Notes: generated by a model not told the origin, from the letters alone. A stretch of DNA of 63,932 bases, filler included, from Octopus bimaculoides (GCF_001194135.2; 9 parts of 7 records of this genome joined end to end with filler, not necessarily neighbours in it); one strand, 5' to 3'. Numbered from the whole stretch's first letter, positions 34,841 to 47,775 are shown. Numbers and translations: made by a program.

Positions 34841-37543
34841 NNNNNNNNNNNNNNNNNNNNNNNNNNNNNNNNNNNNNNNNNNNNNNNNNNNNNNNNNNNN
34901 NNNNNNNNNNNNNNNNNNNNNNNNNNNNNNNNNNNNNNNNNNNNNNNNNNNNNNNNNNNNNNNNNNNNNNNNNNNNNNNNNNNNNNNNNNNNNNNNNNNN
35001 NNNNNNNNNNNNNNNNNNNNNNNNNNNNNNNNNNNNNNNNNNNNNNNNNNNNNNNNNNNNNNNNNNNNNNNNNNNNNNNNNNNNNNNNNNNNNNNNNNNN
35101 NNNNNNNNNNNNNNNNNNNNNNNNNNNNNNNNNNNNNNNNNNNNNNNNNNNNNNNNNNNNNNNNNNNNNNNNNNNNNNNNNNNNNNNNNNNNNNNNNNNN
35201 NNNNNNNNNNNNNNNNNNNNNNNNNNNNNNNNNNNNNNNNNNNNNNNNNNNNNNNNNNNNNNNNNNNNNNNNNNNNNNNNNNNNNNNNNNNNNNNNNNNN
35301 NNNNNNNNNNNNNNNNNNNNNNNNNNNNNNNNNNNNNNNNNNNNNNNNNNNNNNNNNNNNNNNNNNNNNNNNNNNNNNNNNNNNNNNNNNNNNNNNNNNN
35401 NNNNNNNNNNNNNNNNNNNNNNNNNNNNNNNNNNNNNNNNNNNNNNNNNNNNNNNNNNNNNNNNNNNNNNNNNNNNNNNNNNNNNNNNNNNNNNNNNNNN
35501 NNNNNNNNNNNNNNNNNNNNNNNNNNNNNNNNNNNNACGAAATAAAGAAAAAAAACTTACGTTCGAACGAACAAATGAACGAACGAACGATCGAACGTAC
35601 GCACGTACGTACGAATCAACGAAAGAACGAATGAAAGAACGTACGTACGTACAAACGAATGAGCGGAAGAAGGAACGAACGATAGAACAAACGATTTAAC
35701 GAACAAATGTAGGTACATACGTACGAACGAACGATTGAACGAACGCACAAACGAACAAACGAAATAATGTAACGTACGATCGAAGGAACAAAAGAACGAA
35801 TGAACGAACGAAAGTACGTACGTACGAACAAACGAAAGTACTATGTACGTACGAACGAACGAACGTACGTGCGTACGAACGAAAGAAAGAACAAACGAAC
35901 TAAACAACGAAATAAAGAAAAAAAACTTACGTTCGAACGAACAAATGAACGAACGAACGATCGAACGAAAGAATTAACGAACAAACGTACGTACGAACGA
36001 ACGGACGAACGAACGAACTACGTACGTATGTACGAATGAACGAACAACCGAACGATCGAAGGAACGAACATACGTACGTACGCACGAACAATCGTACGTA
36101 CGTATGTACGTACAAACGAACGAACGGACGAACGAACGAACGAACGACCGAACGATCGAAGGAAGGAACGTACGTACGCACGAACAATCGTACGGACGTA
36201 CAAACGAACGATCAAACGAAGAAATGTACGTACGAACGAACGAACGATCTAACGAAAGAACTAACGAAGGTACGTATGTACGAACGACCGATCGAACGTA
36301 CGTACGTACGTACCTGCGTACCAACGTGTGTACGTACGTACATGCGTATGTACGAACTAACGAACGAACGTACGTACGTAGATAAATACGTACGAACGAA
36401 CGTACGTAAGTACGTACCTAAGTACGTACGCACGAATGAACAACCGAACGTACATACGTGCGTAACTACGAACGAACGAACGAACTAACGAAAGAATGAA
36501 CCAACGAATGAACAAACGAACGTAAGTACGTACGAAAGAATGTGCGTACGTACGAACGAATGAACAAATGAAAGTACGTAAGTACGTATGTACGAACGAA
36601 CGAAAGATTAAACGAAGGAAAGTACGTATGTACGTACGAACGAACGAACGTACGTGCGTACGAACGTACGTGCGTACGAACGTACGTGCGTACGAACGTA
36701 CGTGCGTACGAACGAACGTACGTGCGTACGAACGAACGTACGTGCGTACGAACGAAAGAAAGACCAAACAAACTAAAGAACGAAATAAAGAAAAAACGAA
36801 CATACATACGTACCTAAATACGTACGAACGAACGAACTTACGTTCGAACGAACATACGAACGAAAGAACGAACGAATGAACGAACTTAAGAATTAACGAA
36901 CAAACGTACGTACGAACGAACTGACGAACGAACAAACGTACGTACGTAAGTACGTATGTACGAATGAACGAACGAACGAACGAACGACCGAAGGAACGAA
37001 CGAAAGAAAGAACATACGTACGTACGCACGAACATAGGTACGCACGAACAATCGTACGTACGTACGAACGAAAGAACGATAAAACTAACGAAGGTACGTA
37101 AATACATACGTACGTACGAACGAACGAACGTACGACGTACGTAGATAAGAAGGTACGAACGATCGAACGATCGTACGTAAGTAGGTACCTAAGTACGTAC
37201 GAACGAATGAACGAACGAAAGTACGTACTTACGTACGAATGAACGAACGAACGAACGAAAGAACGTAGTACGTTATTACGTATGTACGAACGAACGCAGG
37301 AACGTACGTACGTTCGTACCTACGTACTAACGAACGAACGTACGTCCGTACGAATGAACGTAAGAACGAACAAACTAACGTACGTACCTATGAACGAAGG
37401 ATCGAACGAAATTAAGGATTGTACGAACGAACGAAAGAACAAACGTACGTATGTAGGTACGTACATACGTACGAATGAACGGTCGATCGAACTTACGTAC
37501 GTAAGAACGATCGAACGAACGTATATAAATAAATATATATATA

Positions 37544-37742
37544 GGAGGGAGAATGTACGAAAAAACAACAACAGACAAGGACAGGTGGTGTAAATAACAA
37601 AAGGATGTATTAGTATGACGCTCAGGAATACGGAAAGTCTTTGACGTTTCGAGCTACGCTCTTCAACAGAAAGAATACGGAGACAAGGAGAAAAACACGG
37701 AGAAAAAAATAGCATAGTGTTCAGTCAACGGTCAATCATAAT
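37544..37742 (-). mobile_element. ~200-bp (TA)n-flanked element with a hammerhead-like motif; probable Penelope-type terminal repeat
   Basis: Bounded by (TA)n on both sides; contains the motif at 37638-37674. Confidence 0.6.
37638..37674 (-). ncRNA. Minimal type-I hammerhead-like motif, A6U core variant
   Basis: Minus strand TCTTT-CTGTTGA-A-GAGC(gta)GCTC-GAAAC-GTC-AAAGA: 5-bp stem I, 4-bp stem II, palindromic ACGT stem III, GUC cleavage triplet. Confidence 0.6.
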
Positions 37743-38224
37743 AAATATATATATATATTTATTTGTATATATATATATATTTNNNNNNNNNNNNNNNNNN
37801 NNNNNNNNNNNNNNNNNNNNNNNNNNTTAATTAATTAANNNNNNNNNNNNNNNNNNNNNNNNNNNNNNNNNNNNNNNNNNNNTATATATATATGTATATA
37901 TGTGTGTGTGTGTATAGGTATATCTATGTGTGTGTGTACGTGAAAGAGAGAGAGAGAGAGAGAGGGAGAGCGTGTGTGTGTGTTTGTGTTAGTGGTAATG
38001 AACAGAGCAAAGAATATTCAAAACCAGAAGTAGAGTGCCAGCAATATAAAAAGTCGCCTATTTAAATATAATTTCTAAACATCATATTATTACGATAAAT
38101 GGTTTGTTCGCCATTATGACAACATCATCAACAATAATAAAAGACTTCGAAATGTGAAACCGAGGTAGCTTATTGTAAGGAGGAAGCTATGGTACGTAGA
38201 ACTAAATTATTCTGGTCTGGAATC

Positions 38225-38585
38225 ACGTGTAAAGACCGCATCCCCACCGCCATTTGATCATGAATGACCATGGAATTACACCTAAAAAGTTCTCCTTCGA
38301 GGTACATGTCTGAGAAAGGTTGTTTATGGAAAACCAGCATCGCCCATGCATACCACTCTCCCTGTCAACGCCACTGATGTTATCCAAGGGAAAGGCAAAG
38401 GGGCCATTACAGCTCGGCACCAGTGGAGTCGTAACTAATTTCTACTGCTGAGTGAACTGGAGCAACAAGAAATAAAGTGTCTTGCTCAAGAACATAACAC
38501 GCAGCCCGGTCCGGGAATCGAACTCATAATCTCACGATTGTAAGCATTAGGCTCTAACTCTAACCACTGAATCACGCGCCTTCAC
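38225..38585 (-). mobile_element. SINE family D, near full length
   Basis: Minus-strand head gtgaaggcgcgtgattcagtggttag...gagttcgattcccggaccgggctgcgtgttatgttcttgagcaagacactttatttc. Confidence 0.85.
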
Positions 38586-38869
38586 AATATCCCGTGCGTG
38601 TAAATTAAAAACGGCAAGAGGACAAGATTGGGAAAATGTACGTAAAAGAAGAGGAGAAATAGTTTGAGAAGTCCGTCCGTATACAAAAAGGCGTAAATAA
38701 ATGGTTCAAGGGAGGTAAGTCAGTTCACTTATTCTAATTTTGTTCCCGTCTGTCTGCGGATTCGTATCCATATATATTTATGTTTCTGGGGTATTAGATT
38801 ATGTTAGAAATTTTTAACTTATGACACCGGTATTGCTCAGACAGCGAAAAATTTATTGAATTATATTAT

Positions 38870-39225
38870 CCATTCATCTTCTCCGCCCACTGATCCTGAG
38901 AGAGTTGTATGGGAGAGGGTAGTAGAGTCCTCAGGTTTCTATTAGTATCAATCGTCATTAGACTCTCTTGGTGGATTCCCAAGCATGGCCAACTGCGACT
39001 ATGGGTATTATGCAACCACCTCGTTCTTAGTCTACCTGTCTACCCTTAGGTCTCCTGCCTTGTTGACTCGGCTTCAAGAATCTGTCTTGCGATTCTTTCC
39101 AATGGTATTTTAAGCATATGTCGAAGTACTGGAGTTGTGACTTCTCAATAATGGAGAAGTAATGGCTCGGCCTGGAGAGACTCCCTGATGTCCGAACTAC
39201 GCTCCCTGTCAAGTAACATTAGTCT
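38870..39225 (-). mobile_element. Degenerate RTE-clade LINE 3' fragment
   Basis: Minus strand RSSDIRESLQAEPLLL...LRHMLKIPLERIARQILEAESTR...GRLRTRWL...SWPCLGI, typical of the RTE/Rex3 C-terminus. Confidence 0.75.
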
Positions 39226-39489
39226 AAAGATCCTTCATGTGTCGAGCAACGTGAAATAGAGTGTTTTGCTTAAGAACACAACGTGTTACCTGGTCCAAAA
39301 TCGAAACCACAGTCTTAGGCTCATGAGTCCAACACCGTAACTGCTATGTCACGCGCCTCTACAAAGTAATCCCATGTGACAGCAAATATTGATTTCAAAT
39401 CTTGGTAGAAAGCCAGCAATTTCGGGGCAGTGGGTAGGTGGATTACATCGACCTCAGTACTCAACTGGTACTTATTTTATCGACCCCTA

Positions 39490-39765
39490 TGTTACGGGGA
39501 TGTAAACACAGCAGTATCGGTTGTCAAGCTATGTTGTGGGGACAAACACAGACACACAAACATACACACAAACACACGTATGTATACATATACATATATA
39601 CGATGGGCTTCTTTCAGTTTCCGTCTACCAAATCCACTCACAAGGCTTTGGTCGGCCCGAGGCTATAGTAGCAGACACTTGCCCAAGATGCCACGCAGTG
39701 GGACTGAACCCGGAACCATGTGGTTGGTAAGCAAGCTACTTACCACACAGCCACTCCTGCGCCTA
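39490..39765 (-). mobile_element. SINE family B (5' two-thirds), fused to a family A piece at 39400-39490
   Basis: Near-identical to 13450-13730. Confidence 0.9.
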
Positions 39766-39898
39766 TTTATGAATATTTTTTTTTTTCTGAATGACTTTNN
39801 NNNNNNNNNNNNNNNNNNNNNNNNNNNNNNNNNNNNNNNNNNTTAATTAATTAANNNNNNNNNNNNNNNNNNNNNNNNNNNNNNNNNNNNNNNNNNNN

Positions 39899-39942
<44 letters not shown>

Positions 39943-41554
39943 AAATATATCTCTTTGCATGATTATATAGGCATGTCTTAACAATTTTAGCCCGTCAATT
40001 TAGTTCAATGTCTCTGTATTAAAAACGAAAATTAGACTATATATCTATTAGCGCATCTCTTTGCGCATGTCCGGTTATATGAGAGAATGAATGCGTATGA
40101 TTGAGTGCATGCTGAAAGTGCGTTTACTGAAAGCGCCTTCTTATACATGCGCCTGTAATTATATATCTGGAATTTCTTGTGCTTTAAAAGAAAAGACTGA
40201 ATGGAAAGAGTGAGTAAACACGTGTGTGTGTATGTATGTATGCATGCATGTATGTATGTATGTATGTATGCATGTATGTATGTTTGTGTTTTACAGTCTT
40301 TGATATGTGTAATTTCATTTATTTATGTTAAATTTATCAATAAATCGATTCTTTGTTAACCATGAAAACATATGTTACTTTGTTACTTATGTTACTTATC
40401 ACAAAATGAAGCAACTAAAACCATTAATGTACTCAGTTATTTGAATTTTGAGTACAACTATAAATGCATCTAAATTTGACTGAGAATTAAGAACTAAAAA
40501 CCTCAGTTATTGCTTTTAATTTTAGAAAAAGTTTGGCAAATTGATAAGAGCGAGAAGATTTTGTGATGATCTGAATTCATTTTCATATGTCTCTGCGTAA
40601 TAATTTCGACAGATTTATAGCTTTGTGATTAAATACTGCACGGGAAGAGCTTTATGGGATTTCCAACAAGTATTATTAATTATATATTATATTGATAGTA
40701 CGTTAAAAAAAAAAAAACACACACACACCTCATTTGTCCTAGTTCAGAAATTAATAATTTGAATTCTAATCCAATCAAAAAGAATATTTTTAGTAATTTT
40801 AGCCCAGAACCTTTTATTTCTAATCAAATTATACTACCTCATTCATTGGTTCGAGTTTCGCGAATAAACTACGCAAACTATAACTTTAAAGAAATATGTC
40901 GTGATTTCAAATTTAGTTAAATGACAAATACGTAACATTTGATTTACTAGTTAAAAAATTTCAGTAATGAAACACGGTGTTATTTCATATTTGATTGCCT
41001 GAACAATTTGTTTGCCTCACTGAAGATATGTTTCACATAATTAAAATGGTTGTTTGAACAGTTAATGAGGTTGTTGAATGAACCGGCAACTGTAAGAATA
41101 ACTAAACGCTGAAAACCTTACTCACACCAACCTCCAACGACTCTCTTGATTACCGAAGGGCCCGAGAGAATGTGTGCATATGTTTAAGAGAAAATTGTCT
41201 TCAGTTTAAATGACTAAACCGTTGCTATTAATCTACACAGGAAGTGACGTTTGGATATCTGATTAGGTTGTTTTCAAGACTTGAGAATATTATTTGGAAA
41301 AAAAAATATATTGGTGACTAATTAGATGAACGAAGGCTGTGTTTTATTGACTTAAATAGCTCATTCGACTATTTCAGCAGATGATTTAAAATTTCAGAAT
41401 CACTTTTAATACTACTGAAGAATTTGAGCAGATATATTTTTTCAGCTATGTCACATAGCTTCTTAGAGTAGAGTACTAACAAAAGCCTTCAGTCACAAAT
41501 TTTACCTTAGTGAGGTCACATAAAGATTAACACACACACACACACACATACACA

Positions 41555-41607
<53 letters not shown>

Positions 41608-41739
41608 CATCACCATCATCATCATCTTCACCATTATCATCATCATCTTCATACTCCAAGCTGAATTTACTATGCAGCACCACGAATCTCTATGCCCCGC
41701 CCTATCTTTTGTTTATCCTCAGTTTTATGATATGCATGT

Positions 41740-42040
41740 TGGTCAATGCAGTAAATGAAGTTGAATAGTATTTGTACTCTACTGGGCTGCAAAATTCTCT
41801 AGAAAGTAACGTCTAATATGGCCGCTTGACAAATACGATAGCAATGGTCAGCAAAGCCCGCCTTGCTTTGAACAACATTAGTAAGTAAATTGTGTCAGTA
41901 AATTAATTGTTCTGTCTTGTGCCCACACCATCAATTGTTTTGAATCCACAAAAGAAGAATGGTGTACATACTATAAAGGTGATCTTGAAGTTCAGATGAG
42001 AGTAGTCTCCCACGTGAATGCTCGAATCTTTCAAGAGGAA
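41740..42040 (+). mobile_element. Highly decayed RTE-type RT fragment
   Basis: Across frames: VNEVE...LLGCKIL...AMVSKARLALNNISK resembles EEV..F.YLGS.I...RIGKARLAFN.L.K. Confidence 0.4.
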
Positions 42041-42055
42041 TAATCGTGTGTAGAC

Positions 42056-42107
<52 letters not shown>

Positions 42108-42477
42108 GTAGGTAGGTAGGTAGGTAGACGGGTAGGCAGGCAGGCAGGCAGATTAGTATAAAACTGGAGATTCTATTCCAAAATATTTTTATTATAACAT
42201 CATAAATTACGCAATTTTTACGCGTGTTTCACCGGCGTGTGCGGGAATTGTTACAATGATTATTACAAATTATGCTATGACGCCATATCATCTGAAGGAA
42301 AGTGTAATTTACTTCATTGTTGGTTACCAACGTCAATTGGTAGGCATTCAGGCTAAAGCTGATCTTAATGTCCTTATTGTGTTGATATAAAACAAGATTT
42401 AGTTATTTTGAAATATACTATTGTTAGACTGGATCAGATGTCATTTTCTACTAATAACCTCACTATTGCATCATCAT

Positions 42478-42775
42478 GAAAGCGCGTGGCTTAGTGGTTA
42501 GGAATATTCGGTTCATGATTGTAAGGTTGTGAGTTCGATTCCCGGCGGCGGGGGTGTGCGCGTTGTGTCCTCGAGCAAGAACTCTATTTCACGTTGTTCC
42601 AGTTCACTCAGTTGGAAAAAATTGAGTTGTACCTATAGTTCAAAGGTCCATTCATATCACATTCTGTGTCATATTGCATCCCCCTGAGAACTGCGTTAAG
42701 AATACACGTATTTGTGGATTGCTCATCGATTTACACGAAGAACAATCGACGTCGTAACCGAAGAAGGCCTGTATC
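42478..42775 (+). mobile_element. Chimeric SINE: family D head and core with family C tail
   Basis: tgaaagcgcgtggcttagtggttagg...gagttcgattcccgg...gagcaagaactctatttcacgttg, then cctgagaactgcgttaagaatacacg...gtcgtaaccg. Confidence 0.7.
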
Positions 42776-44699
42776 ATCGGTATATTAACAATATTATCAT
42801 ATCTTAATTAATTAGAACACCTAGAGTGTAAAATTAAGAAAAGAACACACAAACAAAAGAAATTAAAGAATAATGCACAACCAAATAACACTAAAATGTC
42901 TAGAATTTCAAATGGACGAGTAAAAGGTTAAGTTGGACATGAGGTGAAAACGCTTGAGCGCCTGACTGGATATATTACTATGTGAACTTGGTGAGTCACC
43001 TTCTTTTCATCATGTTCTATGACGATCAACATTGTGCCTCACTCTTCTCTTGTTAATAAAAGCACTTGTAGTCGTTTCATTCGTCTAGGAAACATACTAT
43101 TACTGATGATATGTGTATTTTAGACAGAGCATATCATTATTATGGTTATTATCGATGGTCGATTTAAAGCATTAGATTAAATATAGAAAATTCTGGTGCA
43201 AATCCAGTTGGTGTCGAAGTTGTGTTCCAGCCTTTACTTTAAAGATAAAATAAATGCTAATAATATACAGAGTTATTTTATGCAATTTCTGTCCTTTTCT
43301 CCTTTCAAAAACCCATTTGCTATCAGAAAATGTTATATACATAGACACAAAATTGTTGAAGAATGACATGGTGGCTTGAATTGTACAAATATATGGCTGA
43401 TATTTGTTTATCGAGCTACGGACGACTTCATTGAGATTCGAACTCCAAAACAAGAGGAACGATTGTAAATACTGTAAGGCAATTTCATTCATCGTCGTCC
43501 ACTAATTTTTTTCTTAAATTAATTTATTATATTGACTGGATTGAATATATAGTGAGTTTTCAGTTATCAAAAGAAAGCATTTTACTAACATAAAGACCCT
43601 TACAAGCGACATAAAAGTAATTCCTGTTATCTCTTAAATGAATGTACATTAAGAGTGGTAGCATTGAAACAGATATTAAAAGAAAGCTGGAAAGCCCGTC
43701 AAGAAACAGGTAAGGAGCCGGAAACTCAACGCCGGAATGCAGATTCAGTTTTATGTTGAGGTAATTTGGTATGTTAATATTGTGAAAAACATGAAGAGAC
43801 GAACATTTGTGTGTGTGTGTGTGTGTGTGTGTGTTATAAAAAAAGAAAGAAAAGCAGCGGGGTTCTTTACATGTTCATGGGAGTCTAATCGAGTTATTTG
43901 TTCNNNNNNNNNNNNNNNNNNNNNNNNNNNNNNNNNNNNNNNNNNNNNNNNNNNNNNNNNNNNNNNNNNNNNNNNNNNNNNNNNNNNNNNNNNNNNNNNN
44001 NNNNNNNNNNNNNNNNNNNNNNNNNNNNNNNNNNNNNNNNNNNNNNNNNNNNNNNNNNNNNNNNNNNNNNNNNNNNNNNNNNNNNNNNNNNNNNNNNNNN
44101 NNNNNNNNNNNNNNNNNNNNNNNNNNNNNNNNNNNNNNNNNNNNNNNNNNNNNNNNNNNNNNNNNNNNNNNNNNNNNNNNNNNNNNNNNNNNNNNNNNNN
44201 NNCCCCGAAAGGATGAAAGGCAAAGTCGACCTCTAAATGCATATATATGTATATGCATTTAGATGTTGCTTCCTGTCCAGTGAAGGAGTGAAGGATAATC
44301 AGTCACACCTCACTCAGAACATGAAGACGGACGAAATGCCGCTAAGCATTTTCCCCGGAGTACTAACGATTCCGCCAAAATAATAAATATTTGTAGAGTA
44401 TATGTTACCCTTGGACACAGGGCACCGGCATAGACGGTCCATGGAACATCCACAATCCATGTATAAATATATGTATATATATGTGCGTGTGCGTGTGTGT
44501 GAGTGTGTGTGTAGGGGGGGGGGTGCATGCGCATCTATCTATCTTCTGCCTAATATACCTAATTTTCACCTTCTCATTAGCAAAATTCCTTTTACAATAA
44601 AATGCGTACGTGTATCACGTGATCACATGATCATCCAGACTATTCGATGCTGTTATACATCGCTGATCACAATGCGATTTGCATAGTTTAGCTTTAGAA

Positions 44700-44910
44700 T
44701 GATGCCAACCCGCTGGCTAGGCGAGTAGACCAACATCTCCTATGACCAGGATGCTAGTTCTGCGCAGGATTACCCATTTACAGTGGAATGGACTGGAACA
44801 GCGTGAAATGATTTTGCTCAAAAAACACAGTGCTCTGCTCAGTCCGTGAATCAAACCGACGGTCACTAAATCGTGCATGCAACACCCTAACCACTAGGCA
44901 ACGCGCCTTC
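44700..44910 (-). mobile_element. Degenerate SINE family D copy
   Basis: ggactggaacagcgtgaaatgattttgctcaaaaacacag...gaatcaaaccgacg...ctaaccactaggcaacgcgccttca. Confidence 0.65.
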
Positions 44911-46237
44911 ATACACACACATATACATACACCCCATGTATGTGTCTGTGTGTATAACTTCAAGTAAAAATGTGAAGATATACTTGGGACCGTCTAAATG
45001 TATATTAAGGACCTTATATTAGAAGATGACTGGAAGACTGGCATAATGATTTGAATTTGTCATACCTTGAAGTCTCGGTGAGGCTTGTGTTATTATATGT
45101 GCTAAAATAAATTTGTAAGATTAAGCTCTTTCTTGGACATTTCATAAATAATATCTTTTAGTACTTTAGTCAAACAGTACCAGTGGGTCTTTTCCTTTTT
45201 TTTTTCTGAAAATTTAAACACCTGTCTTGTAAGTTAAAATATACCAAAAACTCATACATTTGTTTCACTTCTTCATTCAGAAATCATTGCACTTAAATCC
45301 TGAAGTTTTGGAATTGAAAACAAATAGGTCTATTTCGAAAATATTGTCGCCTTTAATGTCATTTCTCTTTAGAAATCATATACCACATTCTCCTGATTGA
45401 GCATCTTGTTAAACTGAAGAATTTTGAAACATCTCGTAGTTGTTTCTGATTAATGTTATTTCTGATAAAATGTTCATAGGTATTTAAATTTAGATTCTTA
45501 TTTAGTTTTCAAAATTCAACGAGTTGAACAAATTTTGCTTCTTGGAAATAAGATCTTTATTCTAATAATATTGAATTTCTGTCAAAGTTGAATATATTAT
45601 TTTTCTTTAGATATGTAAACGCAGAATTCTGAAGCAATTTGAAGTTTTCAATTCAAATTTATAAAATGTTAGTGAATTTGATAGCCACATGTATATATAT
45701 ATATATATATATATATATNNNNNNNNNNNNNNNNNNNNNNNNNNNNNNNNNNNNNNNNNNNNNNNNNNNNNNNNNNNNNNNNNNNNNNNNNNNNNNNNNN
45801 NNNNNNNNNNNNNNNNNNNNNNNNNNNNNNNNNNNNNNNNNNNNNNNNNNNNNNNNNNNNNNNNNNNNNNNNNNNNNNNNNNNNNNNNNNNNNNNNNNNN
45901 NNNNNNNNNNNNNNNNNNNNNNNNNNNNNNNNNNNNNNNNNNNNNNNNNNNNNNNNNNNNNNNNNNNNNNNNNNNNNNNNNNNNNNNNNNNNNNNATTAC
46001 ATTCTGCAAGAACAACGAATACATTTCAATAAATTGTGGTATCCCTGTCGAATGTTTTCTTTCAATTGAAAGTCGTTTAAATAATTGCTAAGAGCAATCA
46101 CTTGATCTGCTGAAAACATCAAGAATTTAATACTTTCCAGAAATGCAAAATTCTTTCTATACAAGAATTTAAACATGTCTGATTGGTTCTTACAAAACGA
46201 AGAATTTCTTTAAAAGTCATATTCACAAATAAATAGT

Positions 46238-46625
46238 GGAGGCGCAATGGCCCAGTGGTTAGGGCAGCGGACTGGCGGTCATAGGACCGCGGTTTCGATT
46301 CCCAGACTGGGTGTTGTGAGTTTATTGAGCGAAAACACCTAAAGCTCCACGAGGCTCCGGCAGGGGATGGTGGCGAACCCTGCTGTACTCTTTCACCTCA
46401 GCTTTCTCTCACTTTTACTTCCTGTTTCTGTTGTGCCTGTAATCCAAAGGGTCAGCCTTGTCACACTGTGTCACGCTGAATATCCCCGAGAACTACGTTA
46501 AGGGTACACGTGTCTGTGGAGTGCTCAGCCACTTGCACGTTAATTTCACGAGCAGGGTGTTCCGTTGATCGGATCAACTGGAACCCTCGACGTCCTAAGC
46601 GACGGAGTGCCAACAACAACAACAA
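46238..46625 (+). mobile_element. Full-length SINE family C with (CAA)n tail
   Basis: ggaggcgcaaTGGCCCAGTGG (A box)...GGTTTCGATTCCC (B box-like), ~370-bp body, ends ggagtgccaacaacaacaacaa. Confidence 0.9.
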
Positions 46626-46774
46626 TAAACAAATAAAAAAAAAAAACCACTGGAATTTTCGTTTCTCTTTGCCATCACAAGAAAAGTAGCCATAAGTTTT
46701 TTTTTAAACCACTGCTGTGCAACTCAGAATTTTACTTAACTCCACATAGTTTATAGAGTAATATTAAAGTGCTT

Positions 46775-46980
46775 TTAAGACGGTGAACTGACAGAATCGT
46801 TAGCACGCCGGGAAATATGCTTAGCGGCATTTAATCTGCCTTTCCGTTCTGACTTCAAATTCCACCGAGGTAGACTTTGCCTTTCATTCTTTCGGGGTCG
46901 ATAAAATAAGTACCACTTGGTGGTACTTATTTTATCGACTGAAATTGCTGGCCTTGTGCCAAAATTTGAAACCAATATTA
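46775..46980 (+). mobile_element. SINE family A copy
   Basis: aagacggtgaactgacagaatcgttagcacgccggg...ggtagactttgcctttcattctttcggggtcgataaaataagtacc. Confidence 0.85.
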
Positions 46981-47328
46981 AAAGTACTTGTGGCTCTCTG
47001 AAGTCGTGAGTTCGATTTCAGTCTTAGAAATGTATCATTTTCTGTAGCTTCGAACTGCCTATACCTTCTGAGAATATGGAAACTATATGGAGGAAGCCCA
47101 TTGAATATTTTGTATTGGTGATTCAAGAATGTAGCTTTGTCACATACTGTGTCACACATATTCTGCCTGAGAATTAAGTTAATGGGACATGAGTCCGTTG
47201 AATGCTTAACAACTCACGCGTTAATTCAGTGTAAAGGTAATTCAGTTGATTGGATAATTGAATCCTCTTCTTCGAAACTTATAGAGAAACCCGCGCGCGC
47301 GCGCACACATACACACACNNNNNNNNNN

Positions 47329-47377
<49 letters not shown>

Positions 47378-47414
47378 ATATACATTACACAAACATTACA
47401 TACATTACATACAT

Positions 47415-47775
47415 TACATATGCAAAGGTCAAAGACACTCCTTCCGTCACGAAGGGCCATAGGATTGCACCTAGAAATTTCCCCTCCGAAGCACAAGTCC
47501 GGGCAAGTTTGTTTGCGGAAGATCAGGAATTTCCCGTGCATAACAGTCTCTCCGCTGCAAGTAGTCGATGTTGTCTAAGGGAAAGGCAAAGGCCAATCGA
47601 TACAGTTTGTCATCAGTGACGTCGCAACTCAGCTCTGCGGCTGAATGAACTGGAGCAACGTGAAATAAAGTGTCTTGCTCAAGAACACAACATACAGCTC
47701 AGTTCGGGAATCAAGCTCACAACTTCCCGATTGTAAGATTGTGACTCTCTAACCACCGAGTCATGCACCTTCACT
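47415..47775 (-). mobile_element. SINE family D, near full length
   Basis: Shares head, core and aagggaaaggcaaagg block with 38225-38585. Confidence 0.85.

Larger units (their letters stand above)
29960..37520. repeat. ~7.5-kb CpG-rich compound (AACG)/(TACG)/(ACGT) satellite with higher-order repeats, local inversions, insertions and four N gaps
   Basis: Direct reading. Marker acgaaataaagaaaaa recurs at ~30197, 33643, 35538, 35906, 36780 and gaaagaatgaaccaacgaatga at ~29990, 30566, 33868, 34379, 36490. Confidence 0.97.

Noticed and set aside
29960-37520. Possible CRISPR-like repeat-spacer array
   Set aside because: No constant-length repeat with unique spacers, no cas genes, eukaryotic context.
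38655-38722. Strong GAG/GTAAGT donor-like site (also CAG/GTAAGG at ~43710 and G/GTAACG at ~22568)
   Set aside because: No convincing upstream acceptor and no recognisable peptide; isolated splice motifs are common by chance.
41238-41250. ETS-CRE-like composite caggaagtgacgt
   Set aside because: Single short motif in AT-rich sequence with no other promoter evidence.
46238-46310. tRNA-like sequences (also heads at 6905-6975, 13660-13730, 38510-38585, 51851-51920)
   Set aside because: They have A/B boxes but run into SINE bodies and I could not form complete cloverleaves; treated as SINE heads.
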